Below are positions 61,831-64,000 of a stretch of 64,000 nt of DNA, one piece after another. A model generated the notes under the pieces. It did no database searches. It was not told the DNA's origin and saw nothing but the letters and a program-made list of their open reading frames with translations. Location of the stretch: the NCBI GenBank assembly GCA_002269645.1, contig NIVC01000739.1, forward strand, positions 1 through 64,000. The letters run 5' to 3'. Each line of letters starts with the position of its first letter. The stretch's first letter is position 1. A program made the translations under genes and the position numbers. Origin of the DNA: Macrostomum lignano. Its lineage: Eukaryota.

Positions 61831-62748
61831 CTACTGACGACTGAAGCCAAGTAGTATGAGAAAGATGTAGACAACATCCACGTAGATCTGCATAGCTCCG
61901 TAGACGTACTCCTCCTCGGATAGATCGTGCCTACGACCGCCGACAACGCGCTGGGTGTCGAAGATGAGGAACAGTACGAACAGCAGCGCCAGCAGGCCGC
62001 CATAGACGCAGTCAAGAATCTTGGCGGTCATTGAGAAATTCGGATCGCCCCTGTACACAAAGAAGGTGACCAAGCAGGACAGTCCGAACAGGAACACCAC
62101 CAGGCTAAAACCGAACAGCAAGCCGCTGCACATGGTGAAGTCGTAGCGAGTCTGCACAGCGAACAGGGTGACGCCAAGGCACACGGCGGCGGTGACGCCA
62201 AGGCACACGGCCACCGTGTTAGTCTGATAGCACGAAGCAATAACTCCAGTCATGAAGGACAAGCTAGCCGTGAAGATGGCCAAAGAAATAAAATTGCCAG
62301 GAAATTTACGACGCAGCGGTGTAATGCAGACCAGAGCAAAGTACATGATAATAAAGATTCCGTAGGACACGTGGAACAGCCACAGATTGGATCTGGCAAA
62401 TTGTTTCACAGGTTTCACAGCCGAGAAAATGATCACAACAGTGAAGGTGACCAACAGTTGGGCAAACAGTATCAGATAGACTTTGCGTATGAAGCCCCGG
62501 CGGATCTCTTTATTGTCGAGGCCGCGGATAGCGAATTCGCCAACTTCATTGGTGGCGCCAGATTCCACATCGCCAGTAGATCCAGGCTGGTTACTAAAGC
62601 CTTCATTTTTTATGCCCCCTGTACCCGAGCCCTGAGCCTGAGCAGCGCCAGCCTTTTGCGGACAGTCAGTGTAAGCTTCTGCCGGATATGGAGGCGGCTG
62701 CACCTCAACTTCATTAGGATAATTTTTCAAAGGCTGATCAGCAGACAT
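61831..62748 (-). CDS. Lifeguard / TMBIM paralog A, intronless, 305 aa
   Basis: Continuous ATG-to-stop ORF. IRRGFIRKVYLILFAQLLVT, RRKFPGNFISL, QTRYDFTMCSG, FDTQRVVGGRRHDLSEEEYVYGAMQIYVDVVYIF. Confidence 0.95.
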   Translation of the reverse strand: MSADQPLKNYPNEVEVQPPPYPAEAYTDCPQKAGAAQAQGSGTGGIKNEGFSNQPGSTGDVESGATNEVGEFAIRGLDNKEIRRGFIRKVYLILFAQLLVTFTVVIIFSAVKPVKQFARSNLWLFHVSYGIFIIMYFALVCITPLRRKFPGNFISLAIFTASLSFMTGVIASCYQTNTVAVCLGVTAAVCLGVTLFAVQTRYDFTMCSGLLFGFSLVVFLFGLSCLVTFFVYRGDPNFSMTAKILDCVYGGLLALLFVLFLIFDTQRVVGGRRHDLSEEEYVYGAMQIYVDVVYIFLILLGFSRQ

Positions 62749-64000
62749 GGTTACAATTGGTTTCAGTGTTTTTATTATAACTTTAATCTGTTAGCAATAA
62801 GCTGAAGGATAGAATTGGTAAAAAAATGGCATTTTAGGTTAGCATGATTAGCAATGCTACTTACTACAATTCCTTTTTTAAGTAGCCTAGCAAAATTGAC
62901 ACAAAGCAACCTCTAAAATTACACTGGCTATTCAATTTAGTTTTGACTAGAACAGAAATGTTAGTTCTGCAGCTGACCCAAAAGCTAAGAAAAAAAGATT
63001 TTTGTTGCCACAGTTTAGCAAAAAGTCAAAAATCCTTTACAACAGGTTGCTTGATGGCCTGACTAGGGTTGGGGGGGGGGGCTGGCTTGACTAAGTATTT
63101 TTCTGGTCCCTTGTGTGTGGCCCCTACTCCCATTGCATTGTCGCCCCTCAGATTAGCCAGAAGGTGACATGTAGACACAGGGAGAAGTGGGCTAATGAAT
63201 GCCTCAACTGATAGCAATCCTAGGCAGTTGTCCTCTATCCTTTATTTGCCTATCACAGCACTATACTTGGACTCAACCTCAAGGACATCAGGATGGTAGC
63301 CATGACCATCTTGGGCATTTCTACCACTAAGAAAAATACCCATTCTTTTAGTGATGATCCATCTTTGCTTACCTAGATTACCTAGATGTTTGCTTTAAAG
63401 AATTCTACCAGTTAAAGGCTACTAGACAAGCAACTATTTACCTCCACAACTCTTGCATAGGGGACCAAGTAGCAGACACTACTACTGTCAGATGCCCCTG
63501 GAGAAAAAAACAATAACTACCTATGGTTGCCTAGGCTTAATAGAATAGGTAGCAACATTTTCCTATTATATCCAGATGCCTAGGGTATATTGTATCTAAG
63601 CCAATGCAAAAGAAAATTAACTTATTTAAATTTATTTTCTTATTTGGTTTTCAACTAGACTAATTGCAATGTTAGAAAAAGCTGGTTTACCATTATAGAA
63701 ATTAGAAATCTGTTTCATAATATATAATATAATATAATGTCATTTATTTTAAATTTTATATTTACATGTATCTATAAAAATAATAACTGTTTCTGTATGT
63801 TAGTGTTTAAATTACTTTGCTATATATAGACTTCCAAACAACTTTATTTTATTACAACAAATTTTGTATCTACCCTAAACTATCTTTAGGTTACCTTAGA
63901 ATTTCCTAAGTTTAAGACTTCCATATACTAAAAATTGTCTTCTTACCTAAAAGTGCAAAAAAACTGACAAAAAGTGCTATTTTTCACTAAATCCTTCATA

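Noticed and set aside
63026-63420. Coding-like segment near the window end
   Set aside because: Short frames with stops and no identifiable family motif.

Overview
Eukaryotic (metazoan) genomic DNA with GT-AG introns, not prokaryotic. The density of minisatellite-filled introns resembles a Macrostomum-type flatworm genome, but that is inference only. Host genes reconstructed by hand from splice phase: a small secreted prepro-peptide (7617-7874), a PARP-like protein with C-terminal TM helices, a 4-exon sFRP-like gene (Fz-CRD + NTR), two tandem PAN/apple + LamG-like genes, POLD2, USP40-like, GOLGA7, KANSL2-like and two Lifeguard/TMBIM paralogs (one intronless). Mobile DNA: a Crypton-type tyrosine recombinase fragment, a truncated Ty3/Gypsy with 5' LTR and PBS, two RTE-like LINE fragments, an RNase H LINE relic, a mariner relic, a DD37E Tc1-like element and two tRNA-derived SINE families. 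More than 20 tandem arrays occur, mostly in introns. Most long ORFs in the supplied track are repeat artefacts. Best leads: (1) a candidate cysteine-free cationic antimicrobial peptide precursor; (2) minisatellite arrays whose units carry ETS, E2F, NF-Y or AP-1 motifs next to housekeeping genes; (3) a mosaic-diverged PAN-LamG pair; (4) a dispersed cassette of ~190 bp plus a 28-bp minisatellite. Several frameshifts are single-base losses, mostly in G/C runs, and are probably consensus errors.
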